Assembly (NCBI GenBank): GCA_030593065.1 | Contig: JAUVHV010000002.1 | Location: 33,003 to 97,002 of the forward strand | Direction of reading: 5' to 3' | DNA length: 64,000 nucleotides | Origin: Candidatus Omnitrophota bacterium | Lineage (GTDB): Bacteria; Omnitrophota; Gorgyraeia; JABMRG01 | Shown: in pieces, positions 29,222 through 39,050 of the stretch | How the letters are laid out: every line of letters starts with the position of its first letter | How positions within the stretch are numbered: the first letter of the stretch is position 1 | The notes under the pieces: generated by a model | Seen by the model: only the letters and a program-made list of their open reading frames with translations | Told to the model about the DNA's origin: nothing | Database searches by the model: none | Program-made: the position numbers and the translations under genes

Positions 29222-29421
29222 GCCACAGACGTTTTAAAAGTTGTTCGGTCCACTGTCCACAAATTGAGCTTTACATTGTACCCTATAAGGACAGATGGTC
29301 GCTATATATATTCATCTGGATTTAAAACAATGTTGGCTCTTGCTTGAAATCTCCTTTTTGAGACACTGTCGTGCTCGAATTGGGGACAGTGTCCCTATTA
29401 AGAATCAAAACGTCTGTGGCT
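29222..29421. repeat. About 200-bp intergenic element with nested inverted repeats
   Basis: Outer inverted repeat ccacagacgtttt / aaaacgtctgtgg. Inner inverted repeat tccactgtcc / ggacagtgtcc. Confidence 0.6.
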
Positions 29422-29509
29422 TTACACGCTGGGAAAAATTTTGTGTTTCTGCGGAATTGCTCAAAAGCTGGCTGTGGGTAACGTTTTATTATGGGTAGGA
29501 CTGTATCTT

Positions 29510-29701
29510 CTATAGCCTAATGATGAAAAAGACTATAAAGCTTAATAATAAAATCACTATAAAGGCCGTCGCAACATGCGAGTACCTGATATCACTTAAA
29601 AATCCTATCCTGCGGTTAAGGAACTCTCCACAATATATACACCTTAAAGCATCATCATCAAAGTTGGGTTTTTTACAATGCGGGCAGATATATTCAGCCA
29701 T
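29510..29701 (-). CDS. Small zinc-ribbon protein with a C-terminal transmembrane helix
   Basis: CPHC ... CIYC zinc-binding pairs, and a C-terminal IVILLLSFIVFFII segment. Confidence 0.55.
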   Translation of the reverse strand: MAEYICPHCKKPNFDDDALRCIYCGEFLNRRIGFLSDIRYSHVATAFIVILLLSFIVFFIIRL

Positions 29702-30413
29702 TTAATCTACTCCCCTCTTTTCTCATACCACATTTAGCACAACTTTTATCGCTAATCAGGTTTGCGTAATCGCAGTTACCGCATATCCACGTATCTCCGG
29801 AAGATTTTATCGTACTGGCCTTATTAGCGTGGTTACAATTATCACATTCTGTAAGAAGCTTACTATTCTCTGCGCCGCATTTTCTGCAAATCCAGTTATC
29901 AGGAGAAGAGGGTTTTCCGAAGCTCTTCTTATATGCCCTCTTAATGATGCGCTTCATATATATGTATAGGATAATAACTATAGCAATCGGAATCAGTATA
30001 ATAAAAATAATCTTTGAACTGATATAATAGAGATAAAGCAATAATGCTATGGAAATAATTCCCGCGCATATTTTAGCGATAATATCCTCAACGCTATCCG
30101 GCAACAGGCCTCCACCGCCAATCTCAAATATTATCAATAGTAAAAGCGCAAAACCAGATAATGTTCCAAACAGCATAAGCCATTTTTTTATAGGCAGCTG
30201 TTCCTTCTGCCGGGCTTCTTGTTCAACGTTGGGCCCATATTGGTTATGAGATATACCCGAATCTATATAATGGCCTTGCGAAAAAATAGCTGCGGGAATA
30301 ACTATGTAGCCGGGAGCTAAACTTAAAAGAATGAACAAAACCGATAAAATAGATTTTATTTTTTTCATGGACGAAAATAAATGGGGCCGCATCTCAAAGA
30401 AGTGCAGCCCCAT
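29694..30413 (-). CDS. Membrane protein with two C-terminal RanBP2-type zinc fingers
   Basis: WICRKCGAENS ... CDNC and WICGNCDYAN ... CAKCG, preceded by 3-4 transmembrane segments. The likely start is an internal Met (MKKIKSILSV). Confidence 0.6.
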   Translation of the reverse strand: MGLHFFEMRPHLFSSMKKIKSILSVLFILLSLAPGYIVIPAAIFSQGHYIDSGISHNQYGPNVEQEARQKEQLPIKKWLMLFGTLSGFALLLLIIFEIGGGGLLPDSVEDIIAKICAGIISIALLLYLYYISSKIIFIILIPIAIVIILYIYMKRIIKRAYKKSFGKPSSPDNWICRKCGAENSKLLTECDNCNHANKASTIKSSGDTWICGNCDYANLISDKSCAKCGMRKEGSRLNG

Positions 30414-30427
30414 TTTTTTGTTATTTC

Positions 30428-31072
30428 TTAAGTTTGAATTTCTTCTTCATCATTAACACCAGCAAAAGGGCGGTTTCCATTTTCAGAAGAAACAACCTCT
30501 ATCTTAGAAATCTGCTGCAGATAACCGGAAGTAATCATCAATATCGCGAAAGGTACTGCTAAGAGGCTAACGAGCCAGCCAATCACCGGAATCTGTCCGG
30601 ACAAGCTGCTCAAGAGAATGTATATGGCAGCAAGTGCCAGATTCATCCAAAAACCTCTATCAATAACAAGCTTCCAGCTTGCCTTAAGAGAGTCTATAAC
30701 ACCTTTATCCTGGTCTACCATGAAAAAGTAGGTGTAGAGCCACATAGTCATCAGGATAATTCCAGGAATAATCAATAAGATAAATCCTGAAAATACAGCC
30801 AATCCCTGCAAAAAGAAGAGCCCTACCAATGGCCAGAATTTGGTAAACATCTTAAACATATCATTGAGCTCTATCTTCTTATCCTCTCTTCGTATAGCAT
30901 TCATTGCCATAAGGCAATATCCACCGAATAAAGGCCCTGCTAAGATAAGTAACGTAAAAAGAGATATGACCTGAAAAATAAGGACTGAAAGCAAGAGCAT
31001 TAATATGTTAACCTTATATACTTCTAACGCATCTGTAAAACATTTGCTTATATCAAGCTGTTTCTGTTCCAT
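30428..31072 (-). CDS. Polytopic membrane protein of unknown function
   Basis: Four or more hydrophobic helices and a C-terminal acidic tail. Confidence 0.55.
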   Translation of the reverse strand: MEQKQLDISKCFTDALEVYKVNILMLLLSVLIFQVISLFTLLILAGPLFGGYCLMAMNAIRREDKKIELNDMFKMFTKFWPLVGLFFLQGLAVFSGFILLIIPGIILMTMWLYTYFFMVDQDKGVIDSLKASWKLVIDRGFWMNLALAAIYILLSSLSGQIPVIGWLVSLLAVPFAILMITSGYLQQISKIEVVSSENGNRPFAGVNDEEEIQT

Positions 31073-31094
31073 AATCTTCCTCCGATCTGTTTAC

Positions 31095-31895
31095 CTAAAA
31101 CCTTAATATAGCACTTGCTGAAAATGCAGTCTCATCGATAAAACGGCCTTCGGCATTTATTGACAGAGAATCAAACGCCAGTACGTCAAGCCCTGCAAAT
31201 ATACCAAACTGTGATTTCGGATCAAAACTATATTCATATGATTTACCGGATACTGTAGCCGTAGCTTTACCGCTTGCATCTGAATACTTGACACCTGCGT
31301 AAGGAGAGACTGTATTAAACTGGTACGAAACGCCTATGGCGGCTTGCCATTCATTGCAATTAAATTTTTTCTCTGTAAGTTCCGGGTCTGTTGAACAATA
31401 TATCGTATCGCCTACTTTAACCTTATCTACACCCAGATCAGAACTTCTATATTTTCCATCGATACCTATACGAAGTGTGGCTTTATTACCAGCATATTTA
31501 ACATCTTTTTCATATATTACAGCCGTACCCCCTACTCCCCAGGCAAGGTCTGTTTTCGTATCCCACTCTACTCTGCTGCCGGAGATCTTATACTTCTGGG
31601 CTGCTTCCGCGCCGCCTACAAGCCCGTATACATATGCCTTGTTACCTATTACTATTCCACCTTTACCGCCATAAAAGAAATACTCTGTATCGCTTGCCTG
31701 GCTTTTCATATTACGATCAGAATTAAGATCAACCTCAGCCCCGAGAATAAAGCCAAACTTGCTATTTTCATCTTTAAATACCATGCCTTTTTTTAATGTG
31801 GCTGGAGATCCTATATTTCCTACGGGCATGGCATAAGATGAAATCGCGCCGGCTACAATGACAAAACATATAATAAATAACAATAAACGCTTCAC
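31095..31895 (-). CDS. Outer-membrane beta-barrel protein
   Basis: Signal peptide, alternating amphipathic beta-strands rich in aromatic and Gly residues, and a C-terminal Phe (ILRF). Confidence 0.6.
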   Translation of the reverse strand: MKRLLLFIICFVIVAGAISSYAMPVGNIGSPATLKKGMVFKDENSKFGFILGAEVDLNSDRNMKSQASDTEYFFYGGKGGIVIGNKAYVYGLVGGAEAAQKYKISGSRVEWDTKTDLAWGVGGTAVIYEKDVKYAGNKATLRIGIDGKYRSSDLGVDKVKVGDTIYCSTDPELTEKKFNCNEWQAAIGVSYQFNTVSPYAGVKYSDASGKATATVSGKSYEYSFDPKSQFGIFAGLDVLAFDSLSINAEGRFIDETAFSASAILRF

Positions 31896-31914
31896 GTGTT
31901 CCTCCTTTTTTATT

Positions 31915-32826
31915 TTATGCGGCTATATTATGGCAAATAAGTTCCGGATCTATGCGGCGTAATAGCCCCTTTAAGACTGTGCCCGGGCCTATCTCCAAAA
32001 AAGTTTTGATACCGCGCAAAGCAACATGCCTTATAGATTCTTCCCAATAAGTCGTAGAGCTGAGCTGATCAACAAGATTTTCCTTTATCTGCTCAGGATT
32101 ATCTTGCGCATATGTCATAACATTGCTGACAACAGGAATTTTTGGCGGCAGCACTAAAACAGCTTCCAGCGCCTTTTTAAGCTTGTGAGAAGCCCCTGCC
32201 ATAAGAGTTGAATGAAACGGGCCGCTTACATCAAGCATTATAGCTCGTCTTGCGCCTTCTTCCTTTGCGCGTAAAACCGCTTTATCAACAGCATCCACGG
32301 CACCGGAGATAACTATCTGCCCAGGGCAATTTAGATTTGCTATCTCTGCGCCTGTCTCTTCACATATCTCTTCTATACTTTTTAAACCAAGGCCAAGTAT
32401 AGACGCCATTTTGCCGGGGTTTTCCCCTGACGCATCCTCCATAAGCTGGCCTCGTAAATGCACAAGTTTTACCGCATCACTAAATGACAATGATTCCGCG
32501 GCAACCAAAGCTGTATACTCTCCCAGGCTAAGGCCCAATGCTACCTGAGGTGTAAACTCTGATTTCTCTAAAAGATGGGCACGTAATACCGCGATAGAGG
32601 TAACAAGAATACCTACCTGGCAATTTTGCGTCTTTGTGAGCTCTTCCGCGGGGCCTTCAAAACAGAGGCGAGTTAAATCGAATTTTAAGATATCATTTGC
32701 ATGATTAAATGTCTTCTTAACAATATCATGTTTTTCATAAAGCGATTTACCCATGCCCACATACTGAGCGCCTTGTCCGGGAAATATAAAAGCTGTATCT
32801 ACCATTTCAGAACTATTGACCCCCAT
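31915..32826 (-). CDS. fabD: Malonyl-CoA:ACP transacylase (probable start at the internal Met, about 32805)
   Basis: FPGQGAQ and GLSLGE active-site motifs. Confidence 0.9.
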   Translation of the reverse strand: MGVNSSEMVDTAFIFPGQGAQYVGMGKSLYEKHDIVKKTFNHANDILKFDLTRLCFEGPAEELTKTQNCQVGILVTSIAVLRAHLLEKSEFTPQVALGLSLGEYTALVAAESLSFSDAVKLVHLRGQLMEDASGENPGKMASILGLGLKSIEEICEETGAEIANLNCPGQIVISGAVDAVDKAVLRAKEEGARRAIMLDVSGPFHSTLMAGASHKLKKALEAVLVLPPKIPVVSNVMTYAQDNPEQIKENLVDQLSSTTYWEESIRHVALRGIKTFLEIGPGTVLKGLLRRIDPELICHNIAA

Positions 32827-33785
32827 GTAAAACCAGCTCCAAAAGCTACAAGCACAACAATATCCCCCTTTTTGATTCTCTTCTCCTTCACCGCTTCACA
32901 CAAAGCTATTATTGTAGATGCGGCTGAAACATTGCCATACTTTGCGACATTAAGATAGACCTTATCTTCAGGAAGCCCGATCCTTTGCCTTACAGAATTT
33001 ATAATCCTTATATTCGCCTGGTGCGGGATTAAAAGAGATATATCCTTGCATCCTAAATTAGCATCGCAAACAGCGCGTGTCGCGGCATCTGTCATAAGCC
33101 TTACAGCAGACTTGAAAACTTCACTGCCGCTCATCTTGATATAATGAAGCCTATTTTTTAAGGTATCCTTTGAGGCAGGATTACATGAACCTCCTCCCGG
33201 AAGATATAACAGGTTAGCAAGGTCGCCATCAGCTCCAAGATAATGTGATAATATTCCACCTGAAGTAACGGGCCCAAGTACAGCCGCGCCTGCGCCGTCA
33301 CCGAAGAGCACACATGTATTTCTGTCTGTATAATCTGTAACTGATGTAAGCACCTCAACACCTATTACAAGCGCGTTCTTGTACATGCCTGAATCTATAA
33401 AATGTCTTGCTGTAACCAGGCCATATATAAAACCCGAACAGGCAGCTCCTATATCAAAACAGGCCGCGTTCTTTGCGCCTATCTTTGACTGTACAAAACA
33501 TGATGTTGATGGAAATGGCATATCAGGTGTTATGGTAGCGACAATAATTAATTCAATCTCTTCTGGTTTTAGATTTGCTGATTCCAGGGCCTTGTTCGCG
33601 GCCTTTGCGGCAAGTGTACTTGATGGCGTACCAGGCTGTACGAGCCTGCGCTCTTTTATCCCTGTTCTCGTAGTTATCCATTCATCGGATGTATCGACCA
33701 TCTTTTCCAGATCCCGGTTTGTAAGTACCTTTTTAGGTACATACATACCAAGGCCTGCGATACCAACCAACTTCTTTCTTGTCAT
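32799..33785 (-). CDS. fabH: 3-oxoacyl-ACP synthase III
   Basis: The ACSGF active-site Cys and the C-terminal GFG ... W motif. Confidence 0.9.
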   Translation of the reverse strand: MTRKKLVGIAGLGMYVPKKVLTNRDLEKMVDTSDEWITTRTGIKERRLVQPGTPSSTLAAKAANKALESANLKPEEIELIIVATITPDMPFPSTSCFVQSKIGAKNAACFDIGAACSGFIYGLVTARHFIDSGMYKNALVIGVEVLTSVTDYTDRNTCVLFGDGAGAAVLGPVTSGGILSHYLGADGDLANLLYLPGGGSCNPASKDTLKNRLHYIKMSGSEVFKSAVRLMTDAATRAVCDANLGCKDISLLIPHQANIRIINSVRQRIGLPEDKVYLNVAKYGNVSAASTIIALCEAVKEKRIKKGDIVVLVAFGAGFTWGSIVLKW

Positions 33786-33800
33786 CTAAAGAGATCCTTT

Positions 33801-34790
33801 CTACAATGCGATTGCATCCATAATATGTTGATTTATCTGAAGCTCTACAAATTCCGCTGCTTCCTTTATTGCATTTTTTATAGCTTTGGCTGAAGAGCCC
33901 CCATGTCCGATAATAGTAACACCACTTACACCAAGAAGAGGCGCACCGCCATATTCAGAGTAATCTATCTCTTTTTTCAGGGCATTAAATGCCGGCATGC
34001 TAAGAAGCGCGCCAATCTGTGTCATAATACCCTCTTTCAATTTTCTTTTTAGGAATATAGCGAGAGTATGCGCAAGTGATTCTGAAACCTTTAAGACCAC
34101 ATTACCAACAAATCCGTCACAGACTATAACATCATACTCGCCTGTGTATATATCACCGCCTTCAACGTTACCTATAAATTTTAATACGCTTGAATTGAGC
34201 AGCCGGTGAGTCTCCTTCATAAAATCTGTACCCTTGGCTTCTTCTCCCCCTACATTCAGAAGCCCTACTTTTACAACTTTCTTATTGAGCAGGTGCCTTT
34301 GCAGCGCATCACCCATAATCCCATATTGCAAAAGATGTTCCGGCTTTGGACTAATATTTGCGCCCACATCAATAAGCACACACAGATCTTTTAGGGTAGG
34401 GTATATCATGCTTATACCAGGACGATACACACCCTTTAAAAGCCCCATCCTTAATGCTACCGCGCATACAACCGCGCCTGTATTACCAGCTGATACAAAC
34501 GCGTCGACCTTACCGTCTCGTAAAAGCCTTGCTCCTACATTTATGGAAGAGTCTCTTTTTCGGCGAACACTCAATGCTGCCGGCTCATCCATACTTATGA
34601 CTTCTGAGGCATGGCACACAGATATACTTTTCGGGGCATTGACACCTTTCTTGAACAGTTCTTGTTGAATTATCGTATTATTTCCAACAAGTACAATATC
34701 ATATCCAAATTCCCGGGCAGCCATAACTGCCCCCTCTATGTTAATATAAGGCGCCTTATCACCGCCCATCGCGTCTATTGCAATACGCAT
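33801..34790 (-). CDS. plsX: Phosphate acyltransferase PlsX
   Basis: N-terminus MRIAIDAMGGD. Confidence 0.9.
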   Translation of the reverse strand: MRIAIDAMGGDKAPYINIEGAVMAAREFGYDIVLVGNNTIIQQELFKKGVNAPKSISVCHASEVISMDEPAALSVRRKRDSSINVGARLLRDGKVDAFVSAGNTGAVVCAVALRMGLLKGVYRPGISMIYPTLKDLCVLIDVGANISPKPEHLLQYGIMGDALQRHLLNKKVVKVGLLNVGGEEAKGTDFMKETHRLLNSSVLKFIGNVEGGDIYTGEYDVIVCDGFVGNVVLKVSESLAHTLAIFLKRKLKEGIMTQIGALLSMPAFNALKKEIDYSEYGGAPLLGVSGVTIIGHGGSSAKAIKNAIKEAAEFVELQINQHIMDAIAL

Positions 34791-34806
34791 ATCTCTTATA
34801 ACTCCT

Positions 34807-35007
34807 TTACTTCTTTGGCTTTTTGGTTTTCTCTTTTTTGACTACAATCTGCCTGCCTTTATAATAACCGCATTTTGAACATAGATGATGAGGAAGAACC
34901 ACATGGCCGCAATTGGAACATTTCACAACAGACAACTCATCGAGCTTATAATGTGTGCGTCTCTTTCTTCCTCTTGCTTTTGAATGTCTTCTTTTTGGTG
35001 TGCTCAC
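34807..35007 (-). CDS. rpmF: 50S ribosomal protein L32
   Basis: RHSKARGRKRR and the CxxC ... CxxC motifs. Confidence 0.9.
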   Translation of the reverse strand: MSTPKRRHSKARGRKRRTHYKLDELSVVKCSNCGHVVLPHHLCSKCGYYKGRQIVVKKEKTKKPKK

Positions 35008-35035
35008 TTTTTTAGTACCTCCATTTCTGCCATCT

Positions 35036-35335
35036 TCATTTTAACCTTAAAGCTAAATCAGTAAGGGTGCGAACCAGAAAAGCCTGAATAAATATTAAAC
35101 AAAGAACTGCTATAATAGGTGATATATCAACAGCCCAAAACTGCATCTTGAAGATCTTTCTTATAGGGGCAAGAATGGGGTCTGTTACCCGCTGTAAAAA
35201 TTGCACAATAGGGTTGAATGGATCGGGATTTACCCAGCTAACCAGTGACCTGATAATGATAATCCAGTAAAGAAGCGTGATTATAATATCAAGAAGGCGC
35301 GCTATGCTTAATAATAGATTCCCAAAAATAAACAT
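35036..35335 (-). CDS. yggT: YggT-family membrane protein
   Basis: YggT signature WVNPDP ... PILAPIR. Confidence 0.8.
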   Translation of the reverse strand: MFIFGNLLLSIARLLDIIITLLYWIIIIRSLVSWVNPDPFNPIVQFLQRVTDPILAPIRKIFKMQFWAVDISPIIAVLCLIFIQAFLVRTLTDLALRLK

Positions 35336-35351
35336 CCATTCCCCTTCTCTT

Positions 35352-36155
35352 TTACCTGCAAGAAAGCTGCTTTGACCTTTTAGCGGCTGCTGTCATCGCA
35401 ATTTTTACAGTTGTTGCAAATTCTTTTTTCTTAAAAATTTCTAATGCCGCTTCCGTTGTCCCGCCTTCTGATGTCACGTTTTTACGCAATACTGCGGGGT
35501 TCTCTGCCAAAGAATACTGTAAAAGGCTTGCGCCAAATGCTGTCTGGGTAACAAGCTTTAATGCTGTATCCTTTTTAAGGCCCAGGGCTTGAGCCCCATC
35601 CACCATAGCTTCCATAAGCAGAAAAAAATACGCCGGCCCGCTTCCTGACACAGCAGTTACAGCATCCATATCTTTTTCATTAAGCAGTATTGTTTCTCCG
35701 ACACAGGCATAGATGCTTTCCGTTATATCTATGTCAGATTTTTTAAGTCCGCTTCCGGCGGCAATCGCGGTCATTGCAAAACCTATTAACGCGGGTGTAT
35801 TAGGCATCACTCTTACCACTCTTTTCGCGCCTGTTTTCTTTTTTATAAAATCTATTGTAACACCCGCGGCTTTTGATATAATAAGCTTCGTTCTGGCAAC
35901 TTCTGCTATCTCACTAAGCGCAGATCCCATATCCTGGGGCTTGAGAGCCAGAATAATTATATCAGATTTTTTAACCGCCTCAATATTAGAAGCGGTAACC
36001 TTCACGTGATAATTCTTTTTTATAAATCTCAATCGTGAATCGCGATTATCAGAAATAATAATACGCGATCTTGTAAATAATTTTTTAGAGACAAGGCCCT
36101 TTAATAACGCCTCCCCCATATTGCCACAACCTATGATTGCTATTTTCTTATTCAC
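35352..36155 (-). CDS. proC: Pyrroline-5-carboxylate reductase
   Basis: N-terminal NAD-binding motif IAIIGCGNMGEAL. Confidence 0.85.
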   Translation of the reverse strand: MNKKIAIIGCGNMGEALLKGLVSKKLFTRSRIIISDNRDSRLRFIKKNYHVKVTASNIEAVKKSDIIILALKPQDMGSALSEIAEVARTKLIISKAAGVTIDFIKKKTGAKRVVRVMPNTPALIGFAMTAIAAGSGLKKSDIDITESIYACVGETILLNEKDMDAVTAVSGSGPAYFFLLMEAMVDGAQALGLKKDTALKLVTQTAFGASLLQYSLAENPAVLRKNVTSEGGTTEAALEIFKKKEFATTVKIAMTAAAKRSKQLSCR

Positions 36156-36215
36156 TTAATCCTTTTCAGCCGAAGGCTGATCCGCCTCCGGCGGAAACCT
36201 TAATCTTTTATATTT

Positions 36216-36908
36216 TCAGCCTTTGGCTGAAAATATAGCAGTCCCGATTCGTACAAAAGTAGCGCCTTCTTCTATTGCTGTTTCAAAATCCTGAGTCATA
36301 CCCATCGAAAGCTCTCTGACATCTGTATTTGGGATATCTTCTTTTAATAGATTATCCCTTAATATACACAGGTCTCTGAAGTACGGCCTTGCAGCTTCTG
36401 AGGTTTCCGCGAAAGGTGCCATTGTCATAAGGCCTATTATATGCAAATTAGGCAGTAGAGATACTTCTTTAATAAAATTAGGGGCATCACCCGGGCTGAT
36501 ACCATACTTTGCCTCTTCTCCGGAAACATTGACCTCTACGAAACAGTCTATTCGCTTGTTTATTGCTTTAAGGTGCTTATCCAATTCAACAGCAAGCCTT
36601 AAGCTATCCAGAGAATGAATTACATCAAAGACCTTTAGGAACTTCTTGAGCTTATTGACCTGAAGATGGCCTATCATATGCCATCTTAAATCATTAGATA
36701 GTCTACCCAGGTAATTAAACTTTGAAAGAGCGTCATTGACCCTGTTTTCACCGATATCAGTTATGCCCAGGGCCAAAGCTTCTCTTATTTCAGTTGAGCT
36801 AATACTTTTTGTAACACAGACTAAAGTAATCTCTTGGGGGTTTCGCCCCGCCCTTTTGGCTGAACTTTCTATTCTCTGCTTAACTTGAGCGAGATTTTGT
36901 GCAATCAT
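36216..36908 (-). CDS. yggS: PLP-homeostasis protein (YggS/YlmE family)
   Basis: VCVTKSIS ... ENRVND ... the lysine of the alanine-racemase-like fold. Confidence 0.85.
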   Translation of the reverse strand: MIAQNLAQVKQRIESSAKRAGRNPQEITLVCVTKSISSTEIREALALGITDIGENRVNDALSKFNYLGRLSNDLRWHMIGHLQVNKLKKFLKVFDVIHSLDSLRLAVELDKHLKAINKRIDCFVEVNVSGEEAKYGISPGDAPNFIKEVSLLPNLHIIGLMTMAPFAETSEAARPYFRDLCILRDNLLKEDIPNTDVRELSMGMTQDFETAIEEGATFVRIGTAIFSAKG

Positions 36909-36976
36909 TTTGGATACTTTAGCATAATATAATACTCAAGTCAATTAAATTTAAATCGAAACTGTTTCTAGTATTA

Positions 36977-38206
36977 TTAAAAATAATCAGTATATAAACG
37001 GCGAGTATAGTCTAAGAGCACCATTGCCCAATTTTTAGGGCTCATCTTAAATATAGACTTCTTGGACTGCTTAACTATGCTGCCCATCTTAAGTAAGCCG
37101 ACAGCAGTAGCATAAATATGGCTCGGAAGCGGTTTCGGCGCTGAACCCAGGTTCATTATGTGGCCTATCTTGACAGGCAGGTTAAAAATATTCTCCGCCA
37201 ACTCGAGAACGCCATCCATTATCACAGGCTGCCCGCAGACTAACGCGCCGCTTGAAATACTATCAATATATCCTGAGATATCGAGCTCTTTCTTAATTAT
37301 ATTAAAAAGGTTAGTATATTCTGAAATCAATATACCCCTTAATTTAGCGCGCGATATGGTTATTTTTCGTGATACCACAGTTACATTTATCTTCTCACCT
37401 TTTTTGATATCCTCTATAGTGCTGTTTTCTATCTTTAGCTTTTCTGCTATACCTTCTGGGAGAGAGAGCTTCTCTGCAATCTTCTTGGTTATATTATCGC
37501 CGCCCAAAGGTAAAACTTTTAAAAAAACCGGCCTTGATTCAGAAAAAACAAGTATCTCTGTTATGTCAGCGCCAATATCAATGAAAACCATGCCTAAGTT
37601 TTTTTCATGCTGTGAAACAGAAGAAGCTGATGTTGCCAAAGGCGAAATAATATAACCTTCTACACCTATACCTGACTGGTTAATAGCTTTTTTCAGATTA
37701 TCAATAATAGATATTTTTGCGGTAATAAGAAATAATTCTGTCTCAAGTTTTATGCCGAACATGCCTACAGGGTTTATAATCCCTTTTTCGCCATCAACAA
37801 CAAAACCTTTTCTAGCGGAATAGACAATATCCCGTTCATATGGCATGTGTATCGCTTTTGCGTTTGATATTACTCTATCCAGATCATGCTTTGTGATCTC
37901 ATTGTCCCTGTCAGATATAACTACCTCACCATGCGATGGTATACCTTTTAAATGGGTACCTGAAATATTAAAAAAAGCGGATTGAACCTTTCTCCCGCTC
38001 GTCTCTTCTGCCTTGTAAACCGCATCTGATATAGCCTCTGAAAGAACCTTTATATCTGCTACTACGCCTTTTTTCAGACAGTCATGATGGCATATACCAT
38101 AACCTAAAACATCAAGTATGCCTTTTGATATTGGAAGAGCCGCTATCAGGCAGCATACCTTGGATGCGCCTATATCAATTGCTGTTATAAGATTTTCCTT
38201 CTTCAT
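36977..38206 (-). CDS. ftsA: Cell division protein FtsA
   Basis: Actin-fold N-terminus IDIGASKV, sitting in dcw-cluster context. Confidence 0.9.
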   Translation of the reverse strand: MKKENLITAIDIGASKVCCLIAALPISKGILDVLGYGICHHDCLKKGVVADIKVLSEAISDAVYKAEETSGRKVQSAFFNISGTHLKGIPSHGEVVISDRDNEITKHDLDRVISNAKAIHMPYERDIVYSARKGFVVDGEKGIINPVGMFGIKLETELFLITAKISIIDNLKKAINQSGIGVEGYIISPLATSASSVSQHEKNLGMVFIDIGADITEILVFSESRPVFLKVLPLGGDNITKKIAEKLSLPEGIAEKLKIENSTIEDIKKGEKINVTVVSRKITISRAKLRGILISEYTNLFNIIKKELDISGYIDSISSGALVCGQPVIMDGVLELAENIFNLPVKIGHIMNLGSAPKPLPSHIYATAVGLLKMGSIVKQSKKSIFKMSPKNWAMVLLDYTRRLYTDYF

Positions 38207-38213
38207 CCTTACC

Positions 38214-39029
38214 TCACCTGGGTATCACAACAACATCCTCAAACCTAAGATCTATTACTCTGGCTTTCTTATTCTTTGATGCTAACTCATCTATTATCTC
38301 TTTAAGAAGAGGCTCTTTCTCCTTGAAACTGAATTCACCAAGTTCGACCTTTGTTCTGTCTTTTAAAAACAGAACAGGGTTGTTCTTATCATATATATTT
38401 ATCTTTACAACATCCTGGTATTGGCTCGGAAAATTGCTATCCTTAATCTCTTTGATTATCGCAATAGCTCTTTTCAACCCATCTTTATATGACTGCTTAG
38501 TGGGTGCGAGTTTTTGCGCGGAGATCCTGATGCCTGTTACTATAGTCAGATTAGGCTCCTTAAACTTTTGTGGATTAGGCAGAATAGTCGCGTCATCACA
38601 TACCATGTAATAATAGCCTGAACCGACCTGGCATATGGGTTTGCGTACCTTATAGGTAACTGACAATGTATCCGGCAAAAACCTCTGAACAATTATGTTT
38701 TTAAGCTCCGGGCAGGCCTTTTCTATCGTTGTTTGGCATATCTTTATATCTGCACTAAAAATATTATCACCATTTTTTGACTGCAGTCTCTTTTGGATAA
38801 CTAATGAGGCGCCTGGGGATTCGTTACTTAAAATTTCTATTTTTTTTATCTTAAAGTAATTTGAATTGAACAAAAGTGACATTGTTATCTTTCCCACAAA
38901 TAATACTGCCGCGATAATTAATATATATGGAAATGCTTTATATATCATAGCAACGGCTGGCAATAATACTCCATTACGCGGAAGATGCTTTTTTCTTCTT
39001 GTAACTCTCTTTTTCTTTAGTTTTGCCAT
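38214..39029 (-). CDS. ftsQ: Cell division protein FtsQ (POTRA)
   Basis: Single transmembrane segment, POTRA domain, and position between ddl and ftsA. Confidence 0.75.
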   Translation of the reverse strand: MAKLKKKRVTRRKKHLPRNGVLLPAVAMIYKAFPYILIIAAVLFVGKITMSLLFNSNYFKIKKIEILSNESPGASLVIQKRLQSKNGDNIFSADIKICQTTIEKACPELKNIIVQRFLPDTLSVTYKVRKPICQVGSGYYYMVCDDATILPNPQKFKEPNLTIVTGIRISAQKLAPTKQSYKDGLKRAIAIIKEIKDSNFPSQYQDVVKINIYDKNNPVLFLKDRTKVELGEFSFKEKEPLLKEIIDELASKNKKARVIDLRFEDVVVIPR

Positions 39030-39050
39030 ATCTCCTTGCCCCTTCTTCTA

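Noticed and set aside
30385-30418. Hairpin atggggc ... gccccat followed by a T-run, as a terminator
   Set aside because: The stem is weak at 7 bp with a 16-nt loop. It lies between a gene stop and the probable true start of the next gene. It is too marginal to annotate.
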